NCBI GenBank assembly: GCA_965235115.1
Contig: OZ249440.1
Coordinates: 9,982,001 to 10,046,000, forward strand
Direction: 5' to 3'
Origin: Laetmonice hystrix
Taxonomy: Eukaryota
DNA length: 64,000 nt
In this document: positions 12,386-26,818 of the stretch, piece by piece
Numbering within the stretch: the stretch's first letter is position 1
How the letters are laid out: each line of letters opens with the position of its first letter
Notes under the pieces: model-generated
Seen by the model: the letters and a program-made list of their open reading frames with translations, nothing else
Database searches by the model: none
Told to the model about the DNA's origin: nothing
Made by a program: the position numbers and the translations under genes

Positions 12386-14361
12386 GTCGGACAGCCAGTC
12401 AGGCAGCCTGTCGGCCGGTCAGGCTCCCGTGCCATGAGCAACATGTCCAGCCAACCGGACAACCCAATAAAACCCGCCACGGCCCGGGGCCTTAATCATA
12501 CCCGTCCCCGGACAACGACTGGCTTGTAAACAGCTTTCTCGCCATTTCTACTAAATGACCGAGATGTCTATAGAGGAGGAGAGAAAAAAATGAATTCCTT
12601 TTTAAAAAATAGTACCAAGGGCTCCTACAGATTTGCCCATAAACAGATAATTCCCCATGCCGTGCTGGTTGGGTGGCCCGAGCGGTTTGCAGACTGTCGA
12701 ATTGGTTTTGTTGAAAGTTTAGGCCACGCAGCGGTTGACATTCGGTCGTATTAATACTCATGTAAACACCACCGAATCCTATCTGTGCTTGGCCCCGCTG
12801 ACGCTGGGATCATATACTTGATGATCGGGACCCCTCGGTACCCGGCCTTCCCTCACCGGGGATCCTCCAGTCCCCGGCCACTCCCACTGCCGGACCCGAG
12901 CAGCGGGTCCGACACGGAGCAGGCCTGTCGAGGCGGTTGGTGGGCTCCATGCAGTGGACCACAGTGGACCCAGAGTGGACCAAGGTCCTAACTCAGTCTG
13001 TGGAGACAAACTCCGGTCAATGTGCCCCTCGACGAACAACACCTTGTATTATTCAAGCCACCCCGGTGAGGTTTCCTGGCCAGAAATAAAGAACGAGTGT
13101 ACTTTTTACCATTACACAATCTCCACATCACACAGAGAAATGTTGTTTGCAGGAGTACCAAACCACATGTTAGTTAACCACTTTGTGACTTATATAGTGA
13201 CGTCGTTCACCCATGGTATCTTTCTATCCCCGATACCTTGGCTTCTCTTGTCTATAGTTACAGCCATATTGTATGCAATCTCCCGGGAGAATACCCCCCC
13301 CCCCGGCACCCACCATCGCCCATATACCAAACCGAATCATGAATATTTTACTCTGACCCAGACTGACTCGGTAAATTACAAAATGGACTTTAATCGTCGC
13401 CCTCAGTGAATCTATTGAACACACATCGACAGATCGGTACGGAATTGATAGATTAATCGATGTGACAACCCGCCACCTGAGGGTTGGTCGATAGATGAAT
13501 AATAATGACGTGTATAATACTGGACCGACACAATCAAACGTAGTGATAACTCTCCCAGATACTAACGACTCCATACCCATGTTATACAAATATACGTGTC
13601 CCCAGAAATCGCGTATATATAGGACACCACCCGACACAAGGAATGACAATTTGTATTTTGTCACGATCCCTGTGACGTCATGTTGAGGAAGTAACCATAT
13701 TTTAGAACCATCATCACGTTGAACACTGGGCACACCTGTGAATAACTGGACTAACGTCACGCATGACTGAACACAGGATTAGCACAACATCATGTCCTGT
13801 TTTGCGCATGATCCCGTTCGTGTCTGCCTATTCGATGCACTTCCATGTTTAATGTAAAGGTGGGCCAAATCTGTACAACTAGCTTACTTTTTCATCACTA
13901 TAAGCATAGAGACGTTTATTGCTGTGATTTTGGCTGCATACCTTGCATGTCTGGGATGAGACAATGCGTGCGTTTACTCGAACCCGGTGGGTTCAATGAC
14001 ATTTCCATTGTTATTTAATCTCCCCGTACATGTTGACCGTCTTTCACGGTATACACCCTACGAGCTATAGACGAAACTGGCTACTGGCAACAGAAAGACA
14101 GCCCAACACATGCAAAATTCAGTCTCTGAATATTATTCCAATACCCATAATATGCACGTTTGAAAACATCCTGTATGCATAATTAAACAATGCCCAAATA
14201 ATAATAGGAATACATCCCAAATAAAAGTTACTCAATTAACTCCATTCATTACTACAGGTGGGCGTTGAGAACATAACTAAAAGAAGTGAATGTTTTGTGC
14301 CTGTGTGTATAAGATTAATCAATGCTGAATATGATATTCCTCTCCATTATCTGTTTTTCAG

Positions 14362-14433
14362 GAGATTAAATCGGAATAGGCTAGTCGTCATACCGGACTT
14401 ACTTTTTGCCAACATGCCGAAACTCTACAGACT
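14362..14433 (+). CDS. slit: Slit LRR exon (exon 4 equivalent): RLNRNRLVVIPDLLFANMPKLYRL
   Basis: Acceptor ctgtttttcag, donor gtgagt, 72 nt, phase 2/2. Resembles vertebrate [24 protein letters not shown]. Confidence 0.96.
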
Positions 14434-17303
14434 GTGAGTATATCAAGTTTATTTATACACCATGCACAAACAACAACATCGTCACATTTTTACATGTTTC
14501 GCGCCTCCCAACACGCCAACAAACTTTGATGCTCGTTTCGATCCAGGATAGTCGGAAATGATATTTCATTATCAGGTAGTAAAATCAGGATTTGTCAACT
14601 CAGCGGAAGTAAGGGTTGATGATAAAATATGGATTGCATGACGTATGTAATGGATAACTGATTCCATAAATAGAATGGATCGGTGTTAAGTCAAACTGGA
14701 ACCAGGCATGCCCTGCGGTCACATTATAACCATTATAACATTATAACGGACCGAGTCAGAGAAAATAGTATTTTACATTTCTTGATAAATTAAAGTAGCC
14801 TACAGTTACTCATCAACCTCCCGACTGGGCCAATTACGATACGGCGATGTGTAGACTACTCGACCTGTACATTGAAAGGAATCTTCTCGTATATCTTAGT
14901 CACAGATATACACAGGCTTAAAAACGGGAGGTCCTGGGGAGGTACAAGGCGTGCATTAGGTGTTCAAGTATACAGTATACAGTACATGTGTATAGAATTA
15001 TATCTAGTAAAAGCTAGGTCTAAGGTTGATCTATATACAGAGTATTATATCGGTGATAGTCAGAGGGACTGGTCGATGTCAGCTGAGCGTTCTCACATAT
15101 ATTGCTAGGTCAACTTCACATCAAAGTCTCCAGAATGTGTAATTCAATAACACGTACATGAATGTATTTCAAAAACGGATTCTACACATGTAACAAGAAA
15201 CGCAACGTCAAATAGATGATTGTGTTACTTTGATGATGTATTCATACCAGTGATATTGAGTTAGTAAGGTTAGTGTTATACATGTTGTAGTCTCAATTTC
15301 CAGAATGATAGATGCTTTAATCACAGGTCTATGTACATGCGGTTATAATTATTACGACCTGAATACTGCAATAATCATTGAGACTATCACTGATTAGCAA
15401 TCCAAAAGTAGCCACTCTGTAGGTCAGGACAAGTTCCAGCCTATGTGTAGCCTAATTCTGTTTTATAAAGTTGCCTTTTTTGAGTCTGGAATGCGTTGTA
15501 TACTGACTTGGTTTTGGTACAGCCCGTGGTATAAGTTATAGAGGCTCAGTCCAACTCGTTTCATTTCCATATCTTTGCCCAAGGTACGTTGTGTCACACA
15601 TATTTATGCTTCCATAGAAGAGATTTGGCCCGGCTGTGTACGTGAGATAGTAGGCCTATCAGCAAATGACTTATATTAGGGGTGGGAATACATTGCAAGC
15701 TCAGCTATAGGTCTTCGTTTGACCAGGCTAGATTTGTTAGGCCCCCAGGCAGGAGGTCAAATTCGGTGCGAGTCGGGAGCGTAATTATACCAACAGTTCG
15801 AGGTGGAGAGTCGGTGAACGTATTTTTTTCATCTAATCTTGAAGGTAAACGTTCGCATAATCATGATAGCGTCAAGGAAAAAATAGTAAGCGCTTCTCGG
15901 CGTCCCTGTCGGTCAAATAGGATCGCTTTTTACTTATTCCCTTATTATGAACGCCAAAGGTTTTGCAGTTGGTAGGCCAAGGCTTTGATTATAGGTTATA
16001 CAGCAACGTAGAGTCTATACTTTACGAATTAGGCTGTTCTCTTGCAGGCCGAGAGATAAAGTAGGCCTACATGTGTATTACAAACCACACTGACAAGAAA
16101 GTTGGTGGCAGCCCAGTATACCTGTCCCGCCATTAGTTGTGTGATTAGTTTCTGCTCAAGGAGCACCACGTTATTGCCAATGTGCATTGTTTCGTGTGAT
16201 TGATATCGGGGATATGTTGGGGCCATCCATTCTGGTCGCTCGGACACGGACAATATCGTATAAACAGAGCAATTACGGTCCAATCTTGCTTCATGTGAGC
16301 CCGAACTCAGCACATTTCACGCCGATCAGTCTCGATTATAGGTCTCGACGTGAGGAGTCTCCTCACCACGGCCAAGGATACAAACAGTTCGGGCAATATT
16401 GGGCGAGTCTGTAGACGTTTCAACCACTACTTGGGACGCCACGGTTGTTGGGGGGAGCGTTTTAAAAGCCGAACCGGTAACAAAAGTCCGTCATTACAGT
16501 CATAGAAATGACAGGATATGCTTCAGTTGGAACTCTGCCCTCCGGGTGAATATGACGTGCGGCCAGTGCATCATGCTGCGTTCAGTGTCCTGTTTTGGTG
16601 AACGCCTTCATGAGGGGACCACCTGCCTTTCCTTGCCATATGGGTCGGCTATAGCTTTGTTTTGTTAACATCGTATGGAATCCTTCTTGTGGCTGGCGTG
16701 TTGTAGTAAATGCACTGCCAAGTCGTGCCACCATATGTTTATGTGTGGTGATGTATCTTTGCACTGCTGGTAAAAAGACACCCCAGACTGGTGGTGAAAG
16801 TTGGAACTTGATGAGTTGGTCCCTACTTAGGTATAGATCTAGGCCTACGACTTACTGCGAGGGAATTGAAGGCAGACTAAATTCATCGCGATTCCCTTGG
16901 CGTCAGTTTCACCTGTCCTAAATATGGTCTCGATGATCATTGCTGGAGGTCATTTCATGCATGAATCACTATTTTGGACATTGCAAGTCCTCTTGATTGG
17001 ACCTAGGCCTATAATCGCTAAATAACTTTCCCTCAAGGTTGGTATCATTACACTGCCCAGGACTGTGATAATAGGAGCCAAACCAAACCTGATGACAACG
17101 CCTTCAATGGCAGAGCAAACCCATCACATTTCCTCCTTGCTGCCAACAGAACAAATAAACGTCAGTAAGGTGTGAAATATAGCGGGAAAATAAAAACTTT
17201 GTCGCGATATTCATTGTACCCTTGTGGCCACATAACTTCTGGTATTGACACACATTTCAAAGTCTGGGTCCGTGTGGCAAAACACACTCTTGAGACCCGC
17301 CAG

Positions 17304-17404
17304 AGAGAGAGAGAGATAGAGAGAGAGACAGACAGAGACAGATAAGCCTATAGAGAGACATAGAGATATATGGACATGCAGACAGACAGAGCGAGGGAAA
17401 GAGA
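17304..17404. repeat. (GA)n/(GACA)n compound microsatellite
   Basis: agagagagagagagatagagagagagacagacagagaca... Confidence 0.9.
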
Positions 17405-17825
17405 AAATATTATGGATTGACTATTATGTTTGGAGACCGCCATCAAGTTGCATCACGAAAACCGTAGCCGGTACCGTAGTATTGGCCGAAATCCTCGGCA
17501 AATAAAGGGTTCCCAGTGTATAGTTCCGTCACGGGACGACCACCAGGGGGAACTTGTTTGAAGTATTGGGCTCAGAATGTGAATACGGTTGTTCGTTTGT
17601 AAACACCTTCTCTCGGTTCACTCCTATCGGGCCTAGGTATATACAACATGACCCTGACAATCGTGTTTTAGGCCTATATCCTCTCCGCTCTTCCCCATCA
17701 TCACCGTTGTAGTTGGCAGGCTATGATTTTTCCCGTATGCCACTATTGTTATAGTTTTACCGCACTTTCACAACTGACACCACCACCGTTACAAGTGTAG
17801 CTCGCTCCCTCTCCCCCTCTTATCT

Positions 17826-17967
17826 NNNNNNNNNNNNNNNNNNNNNNNNNNNNNNNNNNNNNNNNNNNNNNNNNNNNNNNNNNNNNNNNNNNNNNNNNNN
17901 NNNNNNNNNNNNNNNNNNNNNNNNNNNNNNNNNNNNNNNNNNNNNNNNNNNNNNNNNNNNNNNNNNN
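17826..17967. other. Assembly gap (142 N)
   Basis: Run of N that begins directly after a CT-rich tract. Confidence 1.
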
Positions 17968-18418
17968 TATTCCTCCAACTGACAGCTTTATTAAGTTTAC
18001 CTTATCCCCAGTAAACGTCTTTGATTTAACGAGGCATAACTTTGGGCTGCCTTACAAATCTTTCCGTGCCGCCGTGTAGCCCTCTCCCCCCTCCATCGAT
18101 TACCCACGACCTCTCGGGATAGATTAGTTTACGGAGGTCCTGGAGCATCAGGCGTCGAGATCACAGGGTAGGTCTGACTCGTTCCAGGTGTGGTCAGACA
18201 CATTCCGTGGGAACCATGAAACTACGTTCATCGGGCCTGCAGTATTCTGACATCGTACTAGGTGTAAATGTGTGGTTGTCCTAGGGTTGGCCATGTCTGG
18301 TCTTGGCTGAGTTTAGGTTAGATTATAATGGTCAGGAGACAACAGTTGCTTAACCAATATTTGATTGATATTATGGGTCGCGAGATTAGGAATTACTTCA
18401 GGTTTCTTCAAGGACCTG

Positions 18419-18546
18419 GGCCCGGTTTACAAGCAAAGTCAATTAAGTCAAATTTAACTAGATTGAAAACCATTTTAACTAATCAGATTCAAGTAAGATT
18501 GACTTAAGTTAATTAAAATGACTTGACTTTCCTTGTGAACCGGGCC
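18419..18546. mobile_element. MITE, PIF/Harbinger-like, best preserved copy
   Basis: 24-bp TIR ggcccggtt(t/c)acaag(c/g)aaagtcaa with 2 mismatches, flanked on both sides by CTG (3-bp TSD) and with an AT-rich interior. Confidence 0.8.
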
Positions 18547-21026
18547 CTGGACCCGTCTTTTCGAAACTTCACTTATTCCTTAGGCCTAAGCAAGACCCGG
18601 CTCCTGACCTACCAATACAGGTTGGAAGTCAATTCTTTGGTCTGTCCTTTCCATCAAAGATCAATTCACTGGATGCTCTACTTCCTGGATTTCTTCCTTG
18701 AAGGAGTGAGAATATTACGCTGCTATTATACCCAAGAAAATGTCAATGAAATGTTTCGTATCTGAGCTCGCATCGCATGGTTCTTTTAATAACTAAGAGA
18801 ACCTGATGTACTTAATTGCTTTAAGTATAGGAGCAGGGTAATTAACTCGGTCTAATGAATGCATTGTGTCCAGGTCTTAAGGCGGCTGCCCATATCGCTA
18901 CGATCACATCATATCCTACAATCACCTTAATCGTTGTCCCTATAGAGACGAAGTATAGTCTCGAGGGTTTGACCATTGGTAATGACTAGTGAGGCTTAGT
19001 CAAGGAACCAGCCATTGTTACGCAGTGTTCGAATATAGGTCTATAAATCACATGAGTACAATCTGATATTTCATCTACAGAACGTTTGGGGAGAGAGGAG
19101 GGGGTTTTAGTGTAGACTTAATTGGTAATTTAGCACTTACAAAACTACGAAAGTCAGCATTATAACTCAGATTTCGCTGCCGGATGGGAACTGGGACTAC
19201 GTTCTGCATGTCAAAACCTCCTGCAGCTTCCACCAGCCATTCACAAGCGCTAGATCAAGCTTAAACAGGAAATGACGTTTTGAGAAAGTGTCCCATTGTT
19301 AACTCGGAATCTACCTCACCTTCATACAGCATTGGTCATGACAACACGGTATGTGTGCACCTTATCGGTCGAAATCTGTGACTCCTTCAAGTTAAACCCA
19401 GGACGCCGTGAGGCTCTACACCTAATCCATAACCTAGGAGGGCAATATCCTACTCGACCGGTCTTTATGGAGGTCGGAGGGCCTTTCAATGATTCAGTAA
19501 TCCGTATGCACCAAATGTTAATGGGCACCGAGATGTCGAGATAGACGAGGTCTGGCCTACATAGGTTAGCGAAAAAATGCAAAGAATAAATCATAGTTAT
19601 CCGAGTAATGTAGTATGGCAGTTAAATAATGCATAGGAATGGAACATTAAAACGGTACAGTTAATTCAAGTTTTATAGAGGTAATATGTGTAAACCATCT
19701 CCAGCTGTATAACATTGACAAATCGCAATGAGGTGTACACTTATTGATAAATCCTACTATCTATGCTCAGTTTTAAACTACCTGAGACTCACATTCATGA
19801 AATATAACTAAATATTTTTAAAAAAGCAAAGGAAAGTTGCACAATATGTTGCTATAGTGCTGCGAAGTCTAAACCAGGTTCAGCCGCACCTGTAACATTC
19901 AATGTAGACGGTATCAGGCCCCAGGGGAAAAACTACCGGGTAATTTTTTTCTTCACAATAGAAAGTGAGAATCAATAAGAAAGTGTTAATGGCAGACGTA
20001 GGATACTGTTATAAATATAGCGACAACACACCTTTGTAGTGTTAATGCGTGCCAATTTGACAAATGGTCACAAAGAAACTACCTATACAACGGACCCTTT
20101 TAAACAATTCCGATTTTAGGTCGACTATGCATTTAAACATCTCACCTCCCTTGTCCCTAAAGTACCCGTAAAGTGTTTCAGGTGAAAAGTGCCACATATT
20201 ATACCAGGGACTCGCTTATGTAACCCTGAGTATTTGACCAGTCTGTGTGGAGGAGGTGCCAGCTTGGAAAGCCCCCATGGACACACAGCATTTGTGCACT
20301 CATGAGGTCCCTACCTCACCCCCTTCAAAAGCGCCGCCCAGGGCGTTTCTATCGCCCTCTCACGCCCTCCGTGTACACAGCCATTGTCACATTAGAAACA
20401 TATTTTCCCAGCGAAAGTAACCTTTGTTGTTTCATAAGCCCCGTTTCTCTCGATCCTATTGGTTGGTAAATCGCATTTACTTAAGCTTTGTGTGTGGGTG
20501 ATTTGGTATCACACGGGGCTGGTGTGGTCGACTTCCAGCCAGTATATGTTTAGCAACCATCGGGAATGGTTCGGAATCCAGCTGTTTACTTCGCCACAAT
20601 GGAATCTTTAATTAGAGGGATTCAATTAGGAGTTTGGTTATGACGCCTGATTGGGTCAGGGTGGGGATGGCGGAGGAGGGGTGGGGGTGGGGTGGGGAGG
20701 GGGGAGATGGGCGCAGAATAAAGACTTGACGTTTTTCTACGAACACCTCAATGACAGGGAGAAATATGATGTCTCGGAGTCTCCAAATGGGAAAGTATCC
20801 AAGAAGCATTAAAAGCCGCTGCAATCTGGTCTGAAACCTTTATAGTCATTCAGTGCCACACTACATGTTTTAACGCGATGATGGCAAGGAACTCTAGAAG
20901 AGTATTTCTAATTTATCTAATGGAAACCCTGATAGTTGGCGACCTATGTGAACGAACCAAGGAGTGACTATGTCGAGGCAAGCTCTTCTGGTGAAATTGG
21001 ACAGGAAATAAGGTGAACTTGAAACA

Positions 21027-21482
21027 AACCTATCTATAGTTGGCAAACAACAATGGTTTATGATATATCTAGGTACGAACCTATCTATAGTTGGCGAACA
21101 ACAATGCTTTATGATATATCTAGGTACGAACCTATCTATAGTTGGCGAACAACAATGGTTTATGATATATCTAGGTACGAACCTATCTATAGTTGGCGAA
21201 CAACAATGGTTTATGATGTATCTAGGTACGAACCTATCTATAGTTGGCGAACAACAATGGTTTATGATGTATTTAGGTACGAACCTATCTATAGTTGGCG
21301 AACAACAATGGTTTATGATGTATTTAGGTACGAACCTATCTATAGTTGGCGAACAACAATGGTTTATGATGTATTTAGGTACGAACCTATCTATAGTTGG
21401 CGAACAACAATGGTTTATGATGTATCTAGGTACGAACCTATCTATAGTTGGCGAACAACAATGGTTTATGATATATCTAGGT
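21027..21482. repeat. 51-bp minisatellite, about 9 copies
   Basis: Unit gaacctatctatagttggcgaacaacaatggtttatgatatatctaggtac, matching the 17-aa periodicity of the overlapping ORFs. Confidence 0.97.
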
Positions 21483-22921
21483 GACGAACAATTAGTCATG
21501 CTATACAGTGCACCAGACAGTTGTGCAGGCATTCATTTGACGAATATTATGTATCCATTGACTAAATTGTTCAGCACAATTATTATATATAGAGGAACTC
21601 AAACGTGTTGTTCTATTTATATAACGTAGGCTGTTGTGCCTCACATGCAATACTGTAATTAGTAAATTTCTACGAAGAGTGGTTTCCCTGAGGTACTGTC
21701 GGTGTAATCGTACCTCCTTTCACGGACTCCGAGGGAGATGCAAGGATTAAAATGTCAAAAGGCCAACAAACCAGAGCGTCGCTGCGAAATAACACGATGA
21801 TATTCAAATCAGATGAATTATATTGCTTGCTCATGTATCCGTTATCAAACACTATAAATCAATGGCGAACCCTCGGGTTGAAGAAAACGTGTTTATGGTT
21901 TCCGTTCACGTGGCAACATGTCTATACGTTATAGACCACCATCATAACATGGAACGGATTCTGACAGTATCTCAGCACGGATCACACGGTTCGGGAAAAC
22001 AGTTTCTCGGAGACCGACACAGAAATCGTGACTGGACTTTTCGAGACCTTTGAAACTGGTTAACGTATATAGGGCCTGAGAGGAATGCTGTCATTAGATG
22101 CAAGGTCACACTTTTGCTGAGTTGCTCTCAGAGGGGAGGTGTTGGCAGGACTGTGGACTTTTTGACACTTGGGGGGTAAAAACCGCCTCTCCGCCTCAAC
22201 ATCGCAATCACCATTTAAACCAAGGCGATAAGTCGTTCGGAGTTACCCCTGACGAGGGTGGGTGGGTGGGTGGGGGGGGGGGGTTCAACCACAGGGAATG
22301 TCCGGAATCTGACAGACGCCACCCTCCACGATACTGCCCCCTTCATAACTCCTCAACCCCTGACTGGGCGTCTTTCTCCGTGACACGAGGGAAAGAGACT
22401 TGAGCCTGCCATACTTTCACCATCGGGAGAATCCGCTGCAGATATATACGTCAAGCCCCTTTAGCTCGAGTCTCCTGTTTGATATCGAAACCATCCAGGT
22501 GTCTCATCATGCCCCTTGCCCAGGTAGACCCAGAGACAACCCTCCGTCCCGTTATCAGCAACCACCGCAAGGTGGCGCTGCCAAGATATGCTCGCCGTCG
22601 GCAGCAGCGTAAATAAACGCGACGCCGTCCGTCGACGTCATACGTCAGACGGGGCGTAATGGAGAGCCCAGATGATCTCCGATTATCCACAAGGGCTTTC
22701 TTTGTCTTAAGAGACTTCTCTATAACGTTTCTTTACTTCAAGGATTCCTCTATCGCGATAGCTGTACATGCTGTAGTGAAGGGGTAATCCTCCCCGTGCG
22801 TGGCTCATTTCTGGAAGGAGCATGCCCCCAAACCGTCCAATACATCACGGCAGACGAGACTGTCGGAATATATCTCAGGATAACTAGTCTGACGTTCTGC
22901 GGAACGTAATTTTCATTCACC

Positions 22922-23110
22922 AGGCCCAATATTACAGACAGTAAAGTGAACGGAAAGGGCGTTTTTAAGAATCTTCTGTTGAATCAATCTTTTCGAGATG
23001 TCCTGATTGCACATCTCGTCTAGACGAAGATTCTTCAATGAAGCCGAACGTTTAGCGTAATTGCATAGCTAATGTCTTAAAGAGCGTCTTGTCATTTTCA
23101 GACAGTTGGC
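22922..23110. mobile_element. Degenerate foldback or old MITE
   Basis: Nested inverted repeats aagaatcttc (22967) / gaagattctt (23026) and cgagatgt (22994) / acatctcg (23011). Ends are GGCC-like. Confidence 0.4.
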
Positions 23111-23614
23111 CTTGTGTCACCGTCAAAATGGCGCGGAGACTAAGTGCACTTGGAGTGGAGAGTGCGTAATTGGTAGAGCTACTGGCCAATTGTACGTTAG
23201 CCAACTCCTGCCCAAACCCTAATCTGTTAATGGATACTAATTGCGGGTCACATAATGGTCGTTAGCACTACCATCGCTAACAGCAGGCCGGCACAGACGG
23301 CCAGGATTTAGAAAATTGGTGGGTAGAGTCCCAGGAACAGAATTGCCAAGTGCTGTGCTGTTGGTTTGGTCTTCTGTGGCAATGACGTGAACAACTTAGC
23401 AGAAGGTTGCACGGGCAAGAGTCGATGGTAGTCCTAAGAGCGAGGTCGCTGCAGTAAAAGTTGCCGTAAATGTGTATGGAATTCGTAACTTGACTCTTTC
23501 CACCAGAGAATTAAGACAACCGACATTGTGACCATGCTCGACAGTTTCACGGGATTCCAAACGTCAGAGGACACGATCCTCCATATAATTGCCAGTAGTG
23601 ACTCAAACCACTCA

Positions 23615-23661
23615 ACACTAGCCAATGAGAAGCATTAAGCCTAAATTTTAGGAACCGGGCC
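23615..23661. mobile_element. Right-end fragment of the Harbinger-like MITE family
   Basis: tagccaatgagaagcattaagcctaaattttaggaaccgggcc|ctg resembles the right ends at 51390-51448 and 60320-60381. Confidence 0.55.
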
Positions 23662-25408
23662 CTGGTATGTGTCCCACTGTTTCACTTGACCCCACAGAGA
23701 TCTACAGCGTTCGGAACCGGTGGCATGATGATGGCGCTTCTGACAATGTCTGAAACATCCGTCTGCTTTACATAAAACTAAAAGTCAGGATGAAAATATG
23801 AACACCAATTTTAGTTATGAATTGCACGCAGTTATTGTTTGAAAGATGGGTTTGAGCTAGGTCATTCCACGGCCGTCATTTTGAAAAGGTTTCAGAGTAT
23901 CTGCAAGGGTCACGTGACTACTAGTTCCTCTTTTGATGCCAGCTGCGTCGGTAAGGGTACTACTATACCTTCTACCCGAAACGGCACGCAACAGTGGAGC
24001 GTCGAGTATCCCGCTGTCTTATTCTTTTGAGAGAGGGTTTAAAAAAATGCACATCTTCCCTCCTAGCATGTGGGATACTCGTATTACTTTTATTTTGGTG
24101 ATATCAGAATAGTTTCTTTTACGTTGGTTTGAACTCGGATCCCTCGGGATGGGGCTGTGGGGCTTTGAATTAGGACTCCAATATTGGCACATTTGCACAG
24201 GTGCCAGGATAGCTGCTATACTAACTCAACAGTCGGTGCAGCTGTATACAACGTTTGCATATCTAACTGCTAAAAACACAGACCTGTGCCACTTTCAGAG
24301 TAATTACGGAGAGGAAATTACCGAACATATCAGGCGAAGTTAAAAAGGGTACACCTTGTCATTAACCAAACCTGTAGTATATTATGATGACTTTCATTCG
24401 TCAAGATTACTGCAGACAAAGGATTAGCAATTTTTCCCAAAGCGAAATTGGTCACAACTTATAATAGGGAGTAATGTACACAACTGAAAATCAAAGTTAT
24501 ACACAGCATATCAGCACCATTGTAAAACGTATTGTTTGTGTACATGTCATGGAGATAATCTGTGGATGGGATCTATTCTTGGCATGGTCAGATCACAATG
24601 ATGTTCGTATACGCTTCCTGATTTATGTTTACCAGTGTAACTACCACCAGACATAATGGTGTCGTGAATTAGCTAAACGACTGCTACCAACCCCAAGCTT
24701 GAACTGATCAATAATATCTCGGTAATAAAGGCGAGAACAATACACAACTATACAAAGCCAGGCCGAGTTAACATGTTCCAATAAAAAGACAAAAATATTC
24801 TTCAAGTTGGATGCATATACGTCATACACGTGTGTCATACCAGGGAAGATACATGACCGCCGAACCAGGATGGCGGCAAAGTGACACAGACATTTCCATG
24901 GCCGGACTATGTGGGAAATGACAGTGGGGTGACCCTGAGTAAAAGGTCACAGACTGAATTGATAGGTTTGGCCTTGCGGGCGGAATGGCCGCCGCAATAC
25001 CTCTCGATCGCCCGTATAACGTGGCCCGAGTGGTAGGTCTAGGTACGCACAGCCGTCGAGCTATAGCTTCCTTATTGAACAACTTCGAAACGGCTTCCAG
25101 TACACGGCAACCGGTATCAGGGTGCGACAAAGGCAAAACGTCTCGTAAAGTCAAAACGTGCACTTGATGAATAATGCATGGATGGCCGCGAGAAATTCAC
25201 TGCGTTATCCTAGACGTTAGAAGTGCACGTTTAGTGAGGAAGGTCTGACCCCGATGACCTCGAGGAGTCACGTGACCTGTGGAGAAGACAAGAGAGTGGA
25301 GGGGGGGGGGCAGTACATGAGGGACACGGAGAGATTGGCCAGAGTCTGTCGCCCAACGACAGGTGACGTTCTCTGTATACGACAGGGCCAGGCCCGACTG
25401 GCATGGCA

Positions 25409-25782
25409 TGCCCATCACATACATTGCCCATCACATACATTGCCCATCACATACATTGCCCATCACATACATTGCCCATCACATACATTGCCCATCACAT
25501 ACATTGCCCATCACAAACATTGCCCATCACAAACATTGCCCATCACATACATTGCCCATCACAAACATTGCCCATCACATACATTGCCCATCACAAACAT
25601 TGCCCATCACATACATTGCCCATCACATACATTGCCCATCACATACATTGCCCATCACATACATTGCCCATCACATACATTGCCCATCACATACATTGCC
25701 CATCACATACATTGCCCATCACATACATTGCCCATCACATACATTGCCCATCACATACATTGCCCATCACAAACATTGCCCA
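25409..25782. repeat. 17-bp minisatellite, about 22 copies
   Basis: Unit catcacatacattgccc with an a/t variant (aaac). Confidence 0.97.
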
Positions 25783-26699
25783 CCAGCCTCCTCATACGAT
25801 CGACAGACAAGGCAGTTGACGCTTCGAACTCTTGCTAAATCCACGGCTGTATTTCAGAAAGTCATCTCAACACTTTCATCTCTGCCTATTTGAAGGAGAA
25901 CTTATTAACCCATTTTCGATCACAACCTCCAAATCCCGAGCCCTGGTACTTCTGATAAAGTTTCACAAGGACAACATATTTTATTTTACATACTTTTCTA
26001 TATATCTTCCCTTTACTTATATTGGTCAGGGTGATTCTTTAAGTGATAGAAATCGTGTTTCTTTAAGAAACCTGTTATTCTAATGTGACCGTATTATATA
26101 CAGAGGCCAGGGGCGTCATAGCCCCTGGGCCGTCTATCGACACGGGCACTGGACTGCAGCCACGGCACAAAGTATGCCGTAAAATGTACGTGGTCACCAT
26201 CTGTCATTGTCTGGGTAATTTCCAGATTTCCATATGTAATGGATGTACAAGAGGTGAGGATGGGTCCTTTTGAAGTCAAGCAGCGCTAAAAAGGCCTGAG
26301 CGGGAAGCGGGGGGGGGGGTTAGTACTCTACTAGCTACCTATTACCATACAATGGGAAGACTACGGTGGCTATACACCTCAGAGTATGAAATATGACCGC
26401 GGTATTTTGACCATAAGAGGTGCCGTCTGCAACGGTCATAGTCGCCACCACAGCTTGGGACCCCAAGTCCTTACAGTTTAACAACGTTACGTTCTGTAAC
26501 AATTATAGCGCTGTTTTGTCGTTATTCGATTCGCAAATATCCACATGTGCCGTGGGTATAATAATCTGCAGGATTCTGACACAAATCGACGAGCCAGTGT
26601 CATTGTCCTATAAGGAAAACATGTGGCTTCATCTTCCTGAGCTGAGTAGTAGGCCAATCAACCATACAGCCCCTAGTGTGTATAGGCACCTATAGGTTG

Positions 26700-26818
26700 A
26701 TCGAAGGCTTTACTGATCTTCACCCTTTACTGTATACTGATCTTCACCCTTTACTGTATACAGTAAAGGGTGAAGATCGGGTATACAGTAAAGGGTGAAG
26801 ATCGGTAAAGCCTTCGAT
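26700..26818. repeat. 119-bp near-perfect loop-less palindrome with an internal tandem duplication
   Basis: Centre gta|tac at 26758/26759. The unit gatcttcaccctttactgtatac occurs twice on the left and its reverse complement twice on the right. Confidence 0.95.

Noticed and set aside
24839-24932. Possible minus-strand exon of a nested gene (ccttttactcag ... gtatga)
   Set aside because: No recognisable peptide and no partner exons found; such site pairs occur by chance.
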